A stretch of 38,845 nt of DNA from a virus. Lineage: Duplodnaviria; Caudoviricetes. The notes below the pieces were generated by a model. That model was not told the DNA's origin and did not search any database. It saw nothing but the letters and a program-made list of their open reading frames with translations. Shown here one piece after another: positions 28,351 to 37,415 of this stretch. The stretch is from positions 1 to 38,845 of the IMG/VR virus record IMGVR_UViG_3300016476_000935; one strand, written 5' to 3'. Position 1 is the stretch's first letter; each line of letters opens with the position of its first letter. Both the position numbers and the translations under genes were made by a program.

Positions 28351-29106
28351 ATGGAACCAATTTTAGTATCTGTTAGTGGTGGTCGATCGTCTGGCCTTAT
28401 GGCGAAAATAATGATTGAAAACTACAAAAGTGAAAATCTTATTTTTGCTTTTGCTAATACAGGCAAGGAATTAGAAGCTACTTTGCAATTTGTAAATGAA
28501 ATGGATTTGCAATGGGGATTAAATATGGTTTGGATAGAATTTTGCCCTATCAATAAGTTTAAAGTAGTTAATTTTCAAACAGCATCCAGAAATGGAGAGC
28601 CATTTGAAGCGCTGATAAAAAAACGTAAATACTTGCCTAATAGGGTTGCAAGGTTTTGCACTGCAGATTTAAAAGTAAAGCCTATAAATTATTTTATGCA
28701 GTCTTTAGGTTTTAAAAATTGGGATACTGCAATAGGCATACGTCGCGATGAGCCGAGAAGGTATCACAAAATGAAGGCAAGCGAGGGGAAAAACAGATGG
28801 GAGTATATTTTTCCGCTCTGGGATTTTCATGTAACGAAAGCAAAGGTTTTTGAATTTTGGAAGAATCAGACTTTTGATCTTGGTATTCATTCAAATTTGG
28901 GTAATTGTGATTTTTGTTTTTTAAAAGGCAGGGAGAAAAAAATTAATCAATTTAGGCTTATGCCCAATAATATTGAATGGTGGATAAATATGGAAAAGAT
29001 GGTAGGATCTCGCTTTCATAGTGATTTTACCTATGAGCAACTTAAAACAATGGCTAGCCAGCCAGAGCTATTTGATGATACAATAGAGTGCTTTTGCGGA
29101 GATTAA
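28351..29106 (+). CDS. PAPS reductase-family protein (NinC-like)
   Basis: PP-loop VSVSGGRSS, FANTGKE, RFCTADLK, GIRRDE, GNCDFCFLK, CFCGD. Confidence 0.9.
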   Translation: MEPILVSVSGGRSSGLMAKIMIENYKSENLIFAFANTGKELEATLQFVNEMDLQWGLNMVWIEFCPINKFKVVNFQTASRNGEPFEALIKKRKYLPNRVARFCTADLKVKPINYFMQSLGFKNWDTAIGIRRDEPRRYHKMKASEGKNRWEYIFPLWDFHVTKAKVFEFWKNQTFDLGIHSNLGNCDFCFLKGREKKINQFRLMPNNIEWWINMEKMVGSRFHSDFTYEQLKTMASQPELFDDTIECFCGD

Positions 29107-29130
29107 CTTTCACTTTTAAACTATAAAAAA

Positions 29131-29541
29131 ATGGATCATTACCTAAACAGTGTTAAGCAATTTCAAGAAGTGTTCGGCCACTTCAACAACACCACACCGA
29201 CCGCGCTGGATATGGAAGCGCGAAAACTTAGATTCGGACTTGCAAAGGAAGAGCTGGATGAGTATTTATTGAGTTCTGACTTGGAAGGCCAAGTCGATGC
29301 GATTGTAGATCAACTGTATGTACTTTGTGGTACGATTGTGGCGCATGGATTACAAGATCGGATCCAAGAGCTTTTTGACGCTGTACACAAAAGCAACATG
29401 AGCAAGTTGGGCGAAGATGGAAAGCCGCTTCTTAACGGATTTAATACGCCATTGAACGGGCTTTATCCGGTAGGTAAGGTATTGAAAGGGCCGAACTATT
29501 TTAAGCCTGATGAGCGCATTAGAGAGATTTTGAGCAAATAA
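29131..29541 (+). CDS. MazG-like NTP pyrophosphohydrolase
   Basis: EELDEY, DAIVDQLYVLCG, VHKSNMSK, GKVLKGPNY. Confidence 0.92.
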   Translation: MDHYLNSVKQFQEVFGHFNNTTPTALDMEARKLRFGLAKEELDEYLLSSDLEGQVDAIVDQLYVLCGTIVAHGLQDRIQELFDAVHKSNMSKLGEDGKPLLNGFNTPLNGLYPVGKVLKGPNYFKPDERIREILSK

Positions 29542-29568
29542 ATTTATACACCCTTAAACGTTTTTATT

Positions 29569-29784
29569 ATGACAGTTATTGATTTTTATCCAGATAAACA
29601 TCATGCAGTTTACATAGTGCAGAGATCATACGGAGATGTTTCGAGAAAAGAATTGTTTAATTGTGGCATTGAAACCACATCTAACTATGTTATTATTTAT
29701 CATGTTGGCACAAATAAAATAATGCTTAAAACAAATAATTACTGCTTAGTATATCACTATGATGAGCCAAGATCAGATTTTTGA
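29569..29784 (+). CDS. Hypothetical protein
   Basis: 71-aa ORF in operon. Confidence 0.5.
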   Translation: MTVIDFYPDKHHAVYIVQRSYGDVSRKELFNCGIETTSNYVIIYHVGTNKIMLKTNNYCLVYHYDEPRSDF

Positions 29785-30592
29785 AAATGAAAGCCTTGAC
29801 GACTACGCACGTCGAATGGCTGGAGGGCGCTCCCTTGATGATTTGAGAAAAACGCTCACAAATCGGAAGCGCGAAGTAAATAATGTATTAACGCCTGAGC
29901 AGTCGGACAAAGTGAAGGCTTATAGCGCGAAGGTTTTTAATTCTGTCAAGGCTGAACCGCAAAAGCTATATCCGACATATACGCAGGAGATGGAGTACGA
30001 CGAAGCGAGAAGGAAAGTATTTGATCTGCTTAAAAGTAGGCATTCAGAACTATGCACATTAAAACAAAATCCTGATTTTAGAATTGAGTTCACTGACCAG
30101 CAAGCGCAAACAATACGCAATTTGATAAAATGGTATATTAACGACGCTACCGGGGACCTGCCTCTTTATAAAGGTTTTTGGTTGTTTGGGAAGCCGGGAA
30201 CGTTTAAAACCGAGATTACTAAAATACTTTGCAAGTTCGCGCAAAATGAAAAGTTGAGCAAGGCAGCCACTTATGAGGATTTGACATTGATACATACAGC
30301 AGTAACAAACAATCCTGATAACTTAGAGCGATACAAGGCTATGAGCCGCGTATTTGATGAGTTCTTAAGAGAGATGTCACCGGTTCAAGTTTACGGAAAC
30401 AAAATCCATGTGCCGGAATGGATTATCGCTAACAGATATACCTATTTCAAGGGATTTGGACAGCCATCTGGATTTGTGTCTAATTACGGCCCACATGAAG
30501 CGAAAAAAAATCTAAGTGAAATGGCTTTTGATCGACTTTCCGAGATGGTTACAAGTATCGAGATGCCAGGACTGAGTAACAGACGCAACTAA
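29759..30592 (+). CDS. DnaC/IstB-like P-loop ATPase (helicase loader candidate)
   Basis: KGFWLFGKPGTFKT, VFDE, SNY, DRLSEM...G.SNR. Confidence 0.75.
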   Translation: MMSQDQIFENESLDDYARRMAGGRSLDDLRKTLTNRKREVNNVLTPEQSDKVKAYSAKVFNSVKAEPQKLYPTYTQEMEYDEARRKVFDLLKSRHSELCTLKQNPDFRIEFTDQQAQTIRNLIKWYINDATGDLPLYKGFWLFGKPGTFKTEITKILCKFAQNEKLSKAATYEDLTLIHTAVTNNPDNLERYKAMSRVFDEFLREMSPVQVYGNKIHVPEWIIANRYTYFKGFGQPSGFVSNYGPHEAKKNLSEMAFDRLSEMVTSIEMPGLSNRRN

Positions 30593-30621
30593 ACTATATT
30601 TACCACCTTAAACAAAATTTT

Positions 30622-33153
30622 ATGAGTAATTACGAAGAGTTTATTTCCAAAAAAGTAGTCAAGTCTGATTATTTCGGCTTTGACATTAATAGAGAGGATT
30701 TACACCCATCTCTTTTCCCACACCAACAAGACGCGGTACTTTGGCTTCTTAAAGGCGGTAGGCGTGCCGGTTTTTTATCGTTTGGTCTTGGCAAAACCAG
30801 GATTGCGATAGAATGCTTGCGGCACATCGCAGCGCGTTATCCTGACCGCAAAGTATTATTTACTACTCCATTGGGCGTACGTCAAGAGTTCACTCAAAAG
30901 GATGGGCCAGCAATGGGGGTAAATATTGTGTACTGTAAAAATATGGAAGAGGTTGAAGCATGTGAAAGTCAGTACATAATAACAAATTATGAGCGCATCC
31001 GTACGGGTGATATTAAGCCAGGCTATTTCATTGCTGTTTCACTCGACGAGGCTTCCACGCTTCGCAGTATAGGAAGTGACACAACCGACATTTTTAGGCG
31101 CGAAGTAGAAAGTGTGAAGTATCGTTTTGTTTTTACCGCTACACCATCTCCAAACCGTTATTTGGAGCTTTTGAATTATGCTGACTTTTTAGGCATTATG
31201 GATCGGGGCCAAGCGCTTACCAGGTTTTTTAAACGCAACTCCACAAAAGCTGGTGACCTTCGCATCCATCCGCACAAAGAACGAGAATTCTGGTTTTGGT
31301 TGTGTTCGTGGGCGCTACTGATATACAAGCCTTCCGATCTTGGGTACAGCGATGCGGGTTATGATATGCCGGAACTTGACGTGGCATGGCATGAGATACC
31401 AGCAGATCACACAAAAGCACAAAGTAAGACAGATGAGCAAGGTCAATACCAACTACTCGCAACTGAGGCTTTAGGTCTGCTACAATCAGCAGCAGAAAAG
31501 CGTGAAACAATTACCGAACGACTTGAAAAGGCAAAGCAGATTTTTGAGAAATACGGGCCGGATAATAATTGGTTAATTTGGCATCACTTGGAAGGCGAAA
31601 GGGCCGCGATTGAAAAAGCATTCCCGGAAAGCGTTAGTGTTTACGGCTCTTTAGATCTTGAAAAAAGAGAGCAACGTATTATAGATTTTGCGGATGGTAA
31701 AATCAAGATACTAAATACAAAGCCTGAGTTATCTGGATCCGGTTGTAATTTTCAAAGACATTGCCACCAAAATATATTTTTAGGCATTAATTACGACTTC
31801 AACGACTTTATTCAGTCAATACACCGGACACACCGATTTTTGCAGCAGAATACAGTCCAGGTACATATTATTTACACCGAGATTGAGCGCGGTATCGTTG
31901 CCGAGCTCAAAAAAAAGTGGGCACAACATTTGGAGCTGCAACAAAAGATGAGGGAGATAGTATCGGAGCATGGTCTTAATCAGATGTCAATGATTCAACA
32001 GTTAGCAAGAACGGCAACAGTAGCACGACAAGAGGCAAACGGTGAAAACTGGACTTTTATCAATAACGACAACGTGACAGAGTATCGGACATTGCCGGAC
32101 AACTGCCAGGATTTGCAGGTAACAAGTATCCCATTTTCAAATCACTACGAATACACACCAAGTTACTTAGATTTTGGGCATACTGATGATGATAATCATT
32201 TCTTTGCGCAAATGGACTACTTAATACCCGAGATGCTTAGAACGCTCAAGCCGGGCCGAATTTGCGCAGTTCATGTGAAGGATCGTATTTTTTATGGCAG
32301 TCAAACCGGAAATGGATTTAGTACTGTTAATCCGTTCCACATGAAAACCACTTTTGCATTTTTGCAGCATGGTTTTGAGTACTTAGGTATGCACATTATA
32401 CCGACCGACGTAGTTGCCGAGAATAACCAAACGTACCGACTAACCTATGGAGAGATGGTGAAGGATGCAACAAAAATGGGAGCAGGCTCACCGGAATTTG
32501 TTTTAATGTTTAGGAAGCCGCAAACGTTCAAAGGCAAAGCATACGCAGATGACCCTGTTACGCACGATCGCGAAAAATACGGTTTAGGTCGGTGGCAGCT
32601 TGATGCAGATGCAACGTGGAGAAGCGGCGGAAATAGGCTACTAAATGTCGATCAGCTGGTCAAAATAGCAAACAGCGAAAAGGGATTAAAGCACGTTCGG
32701 AAGATGGTTAAAGACTTTTTTAACGAATGCGGATATGACTACGCAAAGCACGTTGAAGTAGCGGAAGCATTAGCAGCAGCCAATAAACTACCTAAGGTAT
32801 TTAGCCTTTTAACGCCTCCTTTGTCAGACTTGCAACGTGAAGCAATTTGGGATAATGTTATCAGGATGCGAACGCTAAACCTTCACCAAGCGAACCAAAA
32901 GAAAGAACAGCACGTATGCCCGTTGCAACTCGATGTCGTTGAACGCCTGATTGAGCTTTATTCCAATCCGGGAGAGTTGGTAGCGGATCCATTTGGAGGT
33001 ATTGGTACAGTGCCTTATGTAGCGGTTCAAATGAAACGTAAAGGATTTGGTACAGAATTAAATGCGGAATACTTCCGTGATGCTGTTTACTACCTTAAAA
33101 CAGCTGAGGCGCTAAAAAAAGTACCTACGTTGTTTGATTTACAAGAAGCGTAA
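30622..33153 (+). CDS. SNF2-like helicase fused to N4/N6 DNA methyltransferase
   Basis: GLGKT, LDEAS, TATPSPN, QSIHRTHRF; MTase TSIPF, HVCPLQ, DPFGGIGT. Confidence 0.92.
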   Translation: MSNYEEFISKKVVKSDYFGFDINREDLHPSLFPHQQDAVLWLLKGGRRAGFLSFGLGKTRIAIECLRHIAARYPDRKVLFTTPLGVRQEFTQKDGPAMGVNIVYCKNMEEVEACESQYIITNYERIRTGDIKPGYFIAVSLDEASTLRSIGSDTTDIFRREVESVKYRFVFTATPSPNRYLELLNYADFLGIMDRGQALTRFFKRNSTKAGDLRIHPHKEREFWFWLCSWALLIYKPSDLGYSDAGYDMPELDVAWHEIPADHTKAQSKTDEQGQYQLLATEALGLLQSAAEKRETITERLEKAKQIFEKYGPDNNWLIWHHLEGERAAIEKAFPESVSVYGSLDLEKREQRIIDFADGKIKILNTKPELSGSGCNFQRHCHQNIFLGINYDFNDFIQSIHRTHRFLQQNTVQVHIIYTEIERGIVAELKKKWAQHLELQQKMREIVSEHGLNQMSMIQQLARTATVARQEANGENWTFINNDNVTEYRTLPDNCQDLQVTSIPFSNHYEYTPSYLDFGHTDDDNHFFAQMDYLIPEMLRTLKPGRICAVHVKDRIFYGSQTGNGFSTVNPFHMKTTFAFLQHGFEYLGMHIIPTDVVAENNQTYRLTYGEMVKDATKMGAGSPEFVLMFRKPQTFKGKAYADDPVTHDREKYGLGRWQLDADATWRSGGNRLLNVDQLVKIANSEKGLKHVRKMVKDFFNECGYDYAKHVEVAEALAAANKLPKVFSLLTPPLSDLQREAIWDNVIRMRTLNLHQANQKKEQHVCPLQLDVVERLIELYSNPGELVADPFGGIGTVPYVAVQMKRKGFGTELNAEYFRDAVYYLKTAEALKKVPTLFDLQEA

Positions 33154-33159
33154 TTTTTT

Positions 33160-33192
33160 AAGGCCCGGCATAAAAAACCGGGCTTTATTTTT
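33160..33192 (+). terminator. Intrinsic terminator
   Basis: AAGGCCCGG/CCGGGCTTT stem with T-rich tail. Confidence 0.75.
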
Positions 33193-33222
33193 GTACTTAT
33201 ACGTCTGTTTGCCGTAAATTTG
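33190..33222 (+). promoter_or_regulatory. Bacteroidota promoter
   Basis: TTTG-N21-TAAATTTG before the HTH gene. Confidence 0.7.
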
Positions 33223-33237
33223 ACCAAAATTTAAAAC

Positions 33238-33573
33238 ATGGAACTAAAACAAATACCGGAGCGCACCGGTCTATCTCAAAGGGAGATTGCGCAAATGTGC
33301 AATATTGGCGCATCAACATTATCCGACTACTTTACAGGTAGAAGAGGCGCGTCTGAGTCGGAAGTAATTGAAAAAGTATTGGAGGTCACAGGGTTGGCGC
33401 GTGAGTCGGTTATCTTCCATCCCGACAATCCGATTGTAGCCGATGAGAGTTCCAAATATTGGGCAAACCTTGTTTTTGAGGCCGCCAAAACAGCGGAAGA
33501 GCATGGAGCCAGATTGACGTATGAAATTAAAAAAAACGAACTAAGCATTAGATTACAATGGTTGAACTATTAG
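33238..33573 (+). CDS. XRE/Cro-family HTH regulator
   Basis: GLSQREIAQMCNIGASTLSDYFTGRR. Confidence 0.88.
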   Translation: MELKQIPERTGLSQREIAQMCNIGASTLSDYFTGRRGASESEVIEKVLEVTGLARESVIFHPDNPIVADESSKYWANLVFEAAKTAEEHGARLTYEIKKNELSIRLQWLNY

Positions 33574-34211
33574 AAGTATTTGGTAGTGATACAATGGTCG
33601 TAAATGTGGCCAGGGTGTCCTATGGCAAAGAGGCTGAAAACTATACAGATCTGCAAAATGAGAGCCTTATAAAGTATCTGATTAAACACAAACACACCTC
33701 ACCATTTAGGCATCCTAAGCTGCAATTTAGGATTAGTTGTCCTATTTATGTGGAGAGGCAGATTTTCAAACATCAGGTAGGGATTGATGTGAATAGCATA
33801 TCCGGTCGGTATGTTGATTTTTCCGATACTTATACTACCATATCAGAGTGGAGAAAACAAAGTACATCATCTAAGCAGGGGTCAGATGGCCCATTGTCGG
33901 AAGACGACCAAATATTTTGTTCTGGTATTGAAAAAAGCGTGATTGAAACGGCAAAAAAGGCGTACAAAGAACTTATCAAGATTGGAGTATCAAAAGAACA
34001 AGCCCGAACGGTCTTACCTCTAAGCCTTAACACTACTTTTATAATGACCGCAAGCCTGCAAGCGTTTTTAAATATGTGCGACCTAAGATTAAAGCCAGAT
34101 GCACAACAAGAAACACGTGGGGTTGTTGCTGAAATGCTTGAGCTTGTTAGAGCGTTACCAGGCAATCCTTTTGAAAAAACTTTAAAATATTGGAGCGATG
34201 ACAAATATTAA
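33558..34211 (+). CDS. thyX: FAD-dependent thymidylate synthase
   Basis: VVNVARVSY, HTSPFRH, KHQ..NSISGRY, EQARTVLP, LR..DAQQE. Confidence 0.93.
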   Translation: MVELLEVFGSDTMVVNVARVSYGKEAENYTDLQNESLIKYLIKHKHTSPFRHPKLQFRISCPIYVERQIFKHQVGIDVNSISGRYVDFSDTYTTISEWRKQSTSSKQGSDGPLSEDDQIFCSGIEKSVIETAKKAYKELIKIGVSKEQARTVLPLSLNTTFIMTASLQAFLNMCDLRLKPDAQQETRGVVAEMLELVRALPGNPFEKTLKYWSDDKY

Positions 34212-34473
34212 ACAGGCAAAGGAGTACATAAATGAGGTAATTAAAGTGCTGGATACTATTGAGATTGCAAAAGAGAAAGCTGAAAAAATGAGGGATGAAA
34301 TGGATAATTTTCAGCATTTCCAAAAGTATTACCCAGTAGTTAGGTCTGATCTTACAATTTGTAGGGCATACGGATCAACAAACAATCATCGAGAGCTGCA
34401 AGTCGTGGCAGATTATGCAATTTTAAAAATAGATCAATTAGCAGGTTATGACGATAAAAGAGCATTTCTCTAA
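34198..34473 (+). CDS. Hypothetical protein
   Basis: Overlapping ORF in operon. Confidence 0.6.
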   Translation: MTNIKQAKEYINEVIKVLDTIEIAKEKAEKMRDEMDNFQHFQKYYPVVRSDLTICRAYGSTNNHRELQVVADYAILKIDQLAGYDDKRAFL

Positions 34474-34654
34474 AGCCATTGCGGATGGGTATTATTGGGC
34501 TCCAGAGGCTTACAAAGAAGCGTTGAAGGTAAACAACCTAAATGATGAAGCGGAAACCCTATCTGAGGCGCTTATAATCGCGTTTCGTTGGGACAAGACT
34601 GAAATGGGAATTGATTATTGGGCAACGATTTATACCAATGAATTTGAAGCCTGA
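34448..34654 (+). CDS. Hypothetical protein, paralog of 25725-25940
   Basis: GYYW...AFRWDKTEMGIDYW. Confidence 0.75.
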   Translation: MTIKEHFSKAIADGYYWAPEAYKEALKVNNLNDEAETLSEALIIAFRWDKTEMGIDYWATIYTNEFEA

Positions 34655-34985
34655 AACAGCCAATCAGATAACCGCAAACATTATTCGAGTTGTAAATATG
34701 CAACCTAGATGCGTAGCGGCCAGGATCAACGTTGTAGGTATATTTGATAAAAAGATTGGTACTCATCGGAAATCGAACGCGACAAAAGGAGTTGAGGATG
34801 TTGTTTGTTGCATTCATGGTCTTTACGTTGGATTTGAGGTTAAAGCAGGCAATGACATTCAAAGCGAATACCAGAAAAGGAGAGAATTTGAAATTAAAAG
34901 GGCTGGAGGCAAGTATTACATAATCCGCTCTACTGATGAGTTTTTGCAAATTTTCACACAAATTTTAAACGAGTTAAAAAAATAA
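34638..34985 (+). CDS. VRR-NUC nuclease (resolvase candidate)
   Basis: KGVEDV, GFEVKAGNDIQSEYQ, AGGKYYIIRS; start reassigned to 34638. Confidence 0.88.
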   Translation: MNLKPETANQITANIIRVVNMQPRCVAARINVVGIFDKKIGTHRKSNATKGVEDVVCCIHGLYVGFEVKAGNDIQSEYQKRREFEIKRAGGKYYIIRSTDEFLQIFTQILNELKK

Positions 34986-34991
34986 TTTAGA

Positions 34992-35735
34992 ATGGCTAAA
35001 AAATTAAAAATTGAAGATATACCTGAGGGGTACAATTATGCGGCTGTTGATGCGGATGGATTTGCTTATGCTTTTAAAGATCGGCCTATTGTTTGTGATG
35101 ATAAACATGATGTTCCACCTTTTAATTTTGGGCATCATAGATACATCGGAAAAGGTTTTGATTTCCAAGACTGGCAAAACAGCCTTGTATGTCGTGAAAC
35201 TAGCGAACGGCCGCGATTCAAAAACAAATTAAATTGGGCGCATATCCCACAGGATTTAAACTGGGCTGCTGTAGATAAAGATGGATCAGCATGGGCATTT
35301 AAGCAAAAGCCAACAATCAATAAACAAGATGGAACTTGGTTTACATATACTCCTGAATACTTGTTTCAAATAGGCGAAGGATTTGATTCATCTGATTGGC
35401 AAAACAGCCTTGTAACTCGAGAAAACATCAAAACCGAACCAGCCTACAAAGAAACAACTAATAAACTAAGCTACTCAGAAATAGATCCTTACTTTTTGGA
35501 GCAAATGGCGCGTAGAATGAATGAAGGGAAACGGAAGTACGGCCCAAACAACTGGAAGAAGCTGAGCGAAATTAATGAGTTGTTGGATGCAGCGCAACGG
35601 CATTTATTAGAGCTTAGAAAGATGATGGAAGAGGATTTTGAGCCAATACCAGGCCAAGAAACGGATTTGCAACATTGCGCCGCTCTTGCTTGCAATGCTA
35701 TGTTTATACACTACCACCTAAATCCTAACACATGA
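34992..35735 (+). CDS. Duplicated N-terminal domain fused to dATP/dGTP diphosphohydrolase-like (DUF5664) domain
   Basis: Two AAVDxDG.A.AFK..P...WQNSLV repeats; GKRKYGPNNW, DAAQRHL, HCAALACNAMF. Confidence 0.82.
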   Translation: MAKKLKIEDIPEGYNYAAVDADGFAYAFKDRPIVCDDKHDVPPFNFGHHRYIGKGFDFQDWQNSLVCRETSERPRFKNKLNWAHIPQDLNWAAVDKDGSAWAFKQKPTINKQDGTWFTYTPEYLFQIGEGFDSSDWQNSLVTRENIKTEPAYKETTNKLSYSEIDPYFLEQMARRMNEGKRKYGPNNWKKLSEINELLDAAQRHLLELRKMMEEDFEPIPGQETDLQHCAALACNAMFIHYHLNPNT

Positions 35736-36145
35736 ACACACAACTTGAGGCATACAAATTAAATGAGCAGGCAAGAGGTTCACAACTCCAACAGGTGTTT
35801 GGTTGTTTGTACGCTCAATACCTTGCAGGATACCCGATTACAGTAGAGCAAATCAGCCATTTTACAGGCATCAAGATCACTACTGTACACGCCAGGATCA
35901 ACGACCTACGCGCGTCTGGATGGTTTAAGGATGATATACTTTTCAAGCCTATTGAGGCCGGGAGCGTTAAAAAAGGCAGGTATCATTATAACCTGTACAC
36001 CATTGCCGAAAGCAAAGAAGTAGATTTGAAGGAGATGCAAATAGAATTGGAGCGCATCGAAAAAAAATTAAAGCGTAATTTTGCGAAGCGTAAGAAGATT
36101 AAGCAGCGGATCTTTGAGCACGTAAACAAACCTCCGTTATTATGA
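35732..36145 (+). CDS. Putative winged-HTH protein
   Basis: TVEQISHFTGIKITTVHARINDL; basic coiled-coil tail. Confidence 0.6.
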   Translation: MNTQLEAYKLNEQARGSQLQQVFGCLYAQYLAGYPITVEQISHFTGIKITTVHARINDLRASGWFKDDILFKPIEAGSVKKGRYHYNLYTIAESKEVDLKEMQIELERIEKKLKRNFAKRKKIKQRIFEHVNKPPLL

Positions 36146-36579
36146 AGTTAAGTGACAACTTTACACTAAATGAAATGATCCGATCTAATACAGCTGTTCG
36201 GCTAAACATAGATCAAAGACCCTCTCAACTTGTTATTGATAACTTGAAGGCTCTTTGCGTAAACACGCTGGAGCCTTTACGCTATTTAGTAAAGCAGCCT
36301 ATTAATGTCAATAGCGGCTACCGGTCAGAGCGCCTAAATAAAGCGGTCAAAGGGAGCAAAACAAGCCAACATCTAATTGGTCAGGCTGCTGACATAACCG
36401 TTTCCTCGATGCCGATTGAGTATCTTTTTAAGTTGATTATAAATTCAGATATACCCTTCGATCAGTGCATCCAAGAGTTTGATACTTGGATACATATTTC
36501 GTTCAACCCATCAGGCAACCGGAACCAGGCACTAAGAGCAATTAAGGTTAATGGCAGAACAAAATACATTGCCGCATAG
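36142..36579 (+). CDS. Peptidase M15A, probable endolysin
   Basis: LSDNFTLNE, SGYRS..LNKAVKG...SQHLIGQAAD, WIHIS. Confidence 0.92.
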   Translation: MKLSDNFTLNEMIRSNTAVRLNIDQRPSQLVIDNLKALCVNTLEPLRYLVKQPINVNSGYRSERLNKAVKGSKTSQHLIGQAADITVSSMPIEYLFKLIINSDIPFDQCIQEFDTWIHISFNPSGNRNQALRAIKVNGRTKYIAA

Positions 36580-36760
36580 CTTTGTCAAGCGCACATACAT
36601 CAGGATAAGAGCTGAGCAGCTTAGGAAAGCAAAGCAACCACCGAACTATTTAGAAGCAGAAAGAGAGTTTGAACGATTTTTAAAGACTGGTGTTGTTGTT
36701 AAAGTTGGTGCAATAGGCATTGCAAATCAGGTGTTTATGTACTCAATGAAAAAAAATTAA
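36551..36760 (+). CDS. Hypothetical protein
   Basis: 69-aa ORF overlapping the peptidase end. Confidence 0.55.
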   Translation: MAEQNTLPHSFVKRTYIRIRAEQLRKAKQPPNYLEAEREFERFLKTGVVVKVGAIGIANQVFMYSMKKN

Positions 36761-36778
36761 AAAAAAGTTACTTAAACA

Positions 36779-36811
36779 CTTGCTTATGTTCGTCGCACTG
36801 TCGTACATTTG
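36779..36811 (+). promoter_or_regulatory. Bacteroidota promoter
   Basis: CTTG-N21-TACATTTG; leader resembles the one at 25265-25304. Confidence 0.7.
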
Positions 36812-36854
36812 CACCAACAACAACAACGAAGTTCACTTTTTAAATTTAGCAACC

Positions 36855-37019
36855 ATGACAAACACTAAAGCAATTAAAGAGTTCTCAAACGCAATTAGCA
36901 GCGACTTGCACCTTACAAAAGAACAGCTATACACCAAATACGCTCTTATGGCTGGTTTTTGTGGTCTTACAATGAAAGAAGCTGCCATTGTTATTGTTTC
37001 TCTTAAGTCAAAAAAATAA
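36855..37019 (+). CDS. 54-aa hypothetical protein
   Basis: Start reassigned to ATG 36855, downstream of the promoter. Confidence 0.6.
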   Translation: MTNTKAIKEFSNAISSDLHLTKEQLYTKYALMAGFCGLTMKEAAIVIVSLKSKK

Positions 37020-37056
37020 TTAGTAGTTGGAGTTAAGAATGTTTGATATGATTGAC

Positions 37057-37082
37057 AGGCTGGGCGTTTAGGCGCTCAGCCT
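37057..37082 (+). terminator. Intergenic hairpin
   Basis: AGGCTGGGCG/CGCTCAGCCT stem, weak T tail. Confidence 0.5.
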
Positions 37083-37097
37083 TAAATTACCAAGATT

Positions 37098-37325
37098 ATG
37101 ACATTAAAACAATTCAACGCAAAGTATCAATCTAGCATCACAAATGGCATCGAGGTTCGAACATTATGGATTGACAAGAATAAAAAGCCTTTTGTTACGG
37201 TATATCACAACATCAACGCATACAACAGGATTAAAGAACGTGGAACAGTTAAGCCGATGCAAAGCAAATACGGATATACGCTTAAACAAGCGTATTCAGC
37301 TCTTTATGTCGGTTACGGGAGATAA
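37098..37325 (+). CDS. Hypothetical protein
   Basis: 75-aa basic ORF between hairpins. Confidence 0.65.
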   Translation: MTLKQFNAKYQSSITNGIEVRTLWIDKNKKPFVTVYHNINAYNRIKERGTVKPMQSKYGYTLKQAYSALYVGYGR

Positions 37326-37361
37326 GCAAGCAGAATGACTTTACGGTAGAGTTTACAACTT

Positions 37362-37392
37362 GGAAGCCGTTGCAATAATCGCTTCCTTTTTT
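37362..37392 (+). terminator. Probable intrinsic terminator
   Basis: GGAAGC/GCTTCC stem then T6. Confidence 0.55.
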
Positions 37393-37415
37393 CTAACAAT
37401 TAAAACAACGTCACA

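Noticed and set aside
28351-29106. Dnd phosphorothioation or sulfate assimilation
   Set aside because: No partner dnd/ssp or cys genes; resembles the stand-alone phage family
34992-35735. Z-base (2-aminoadenine) genome pathway
   Set aside because: No PurZ or phage DNA polymerase is recognisable
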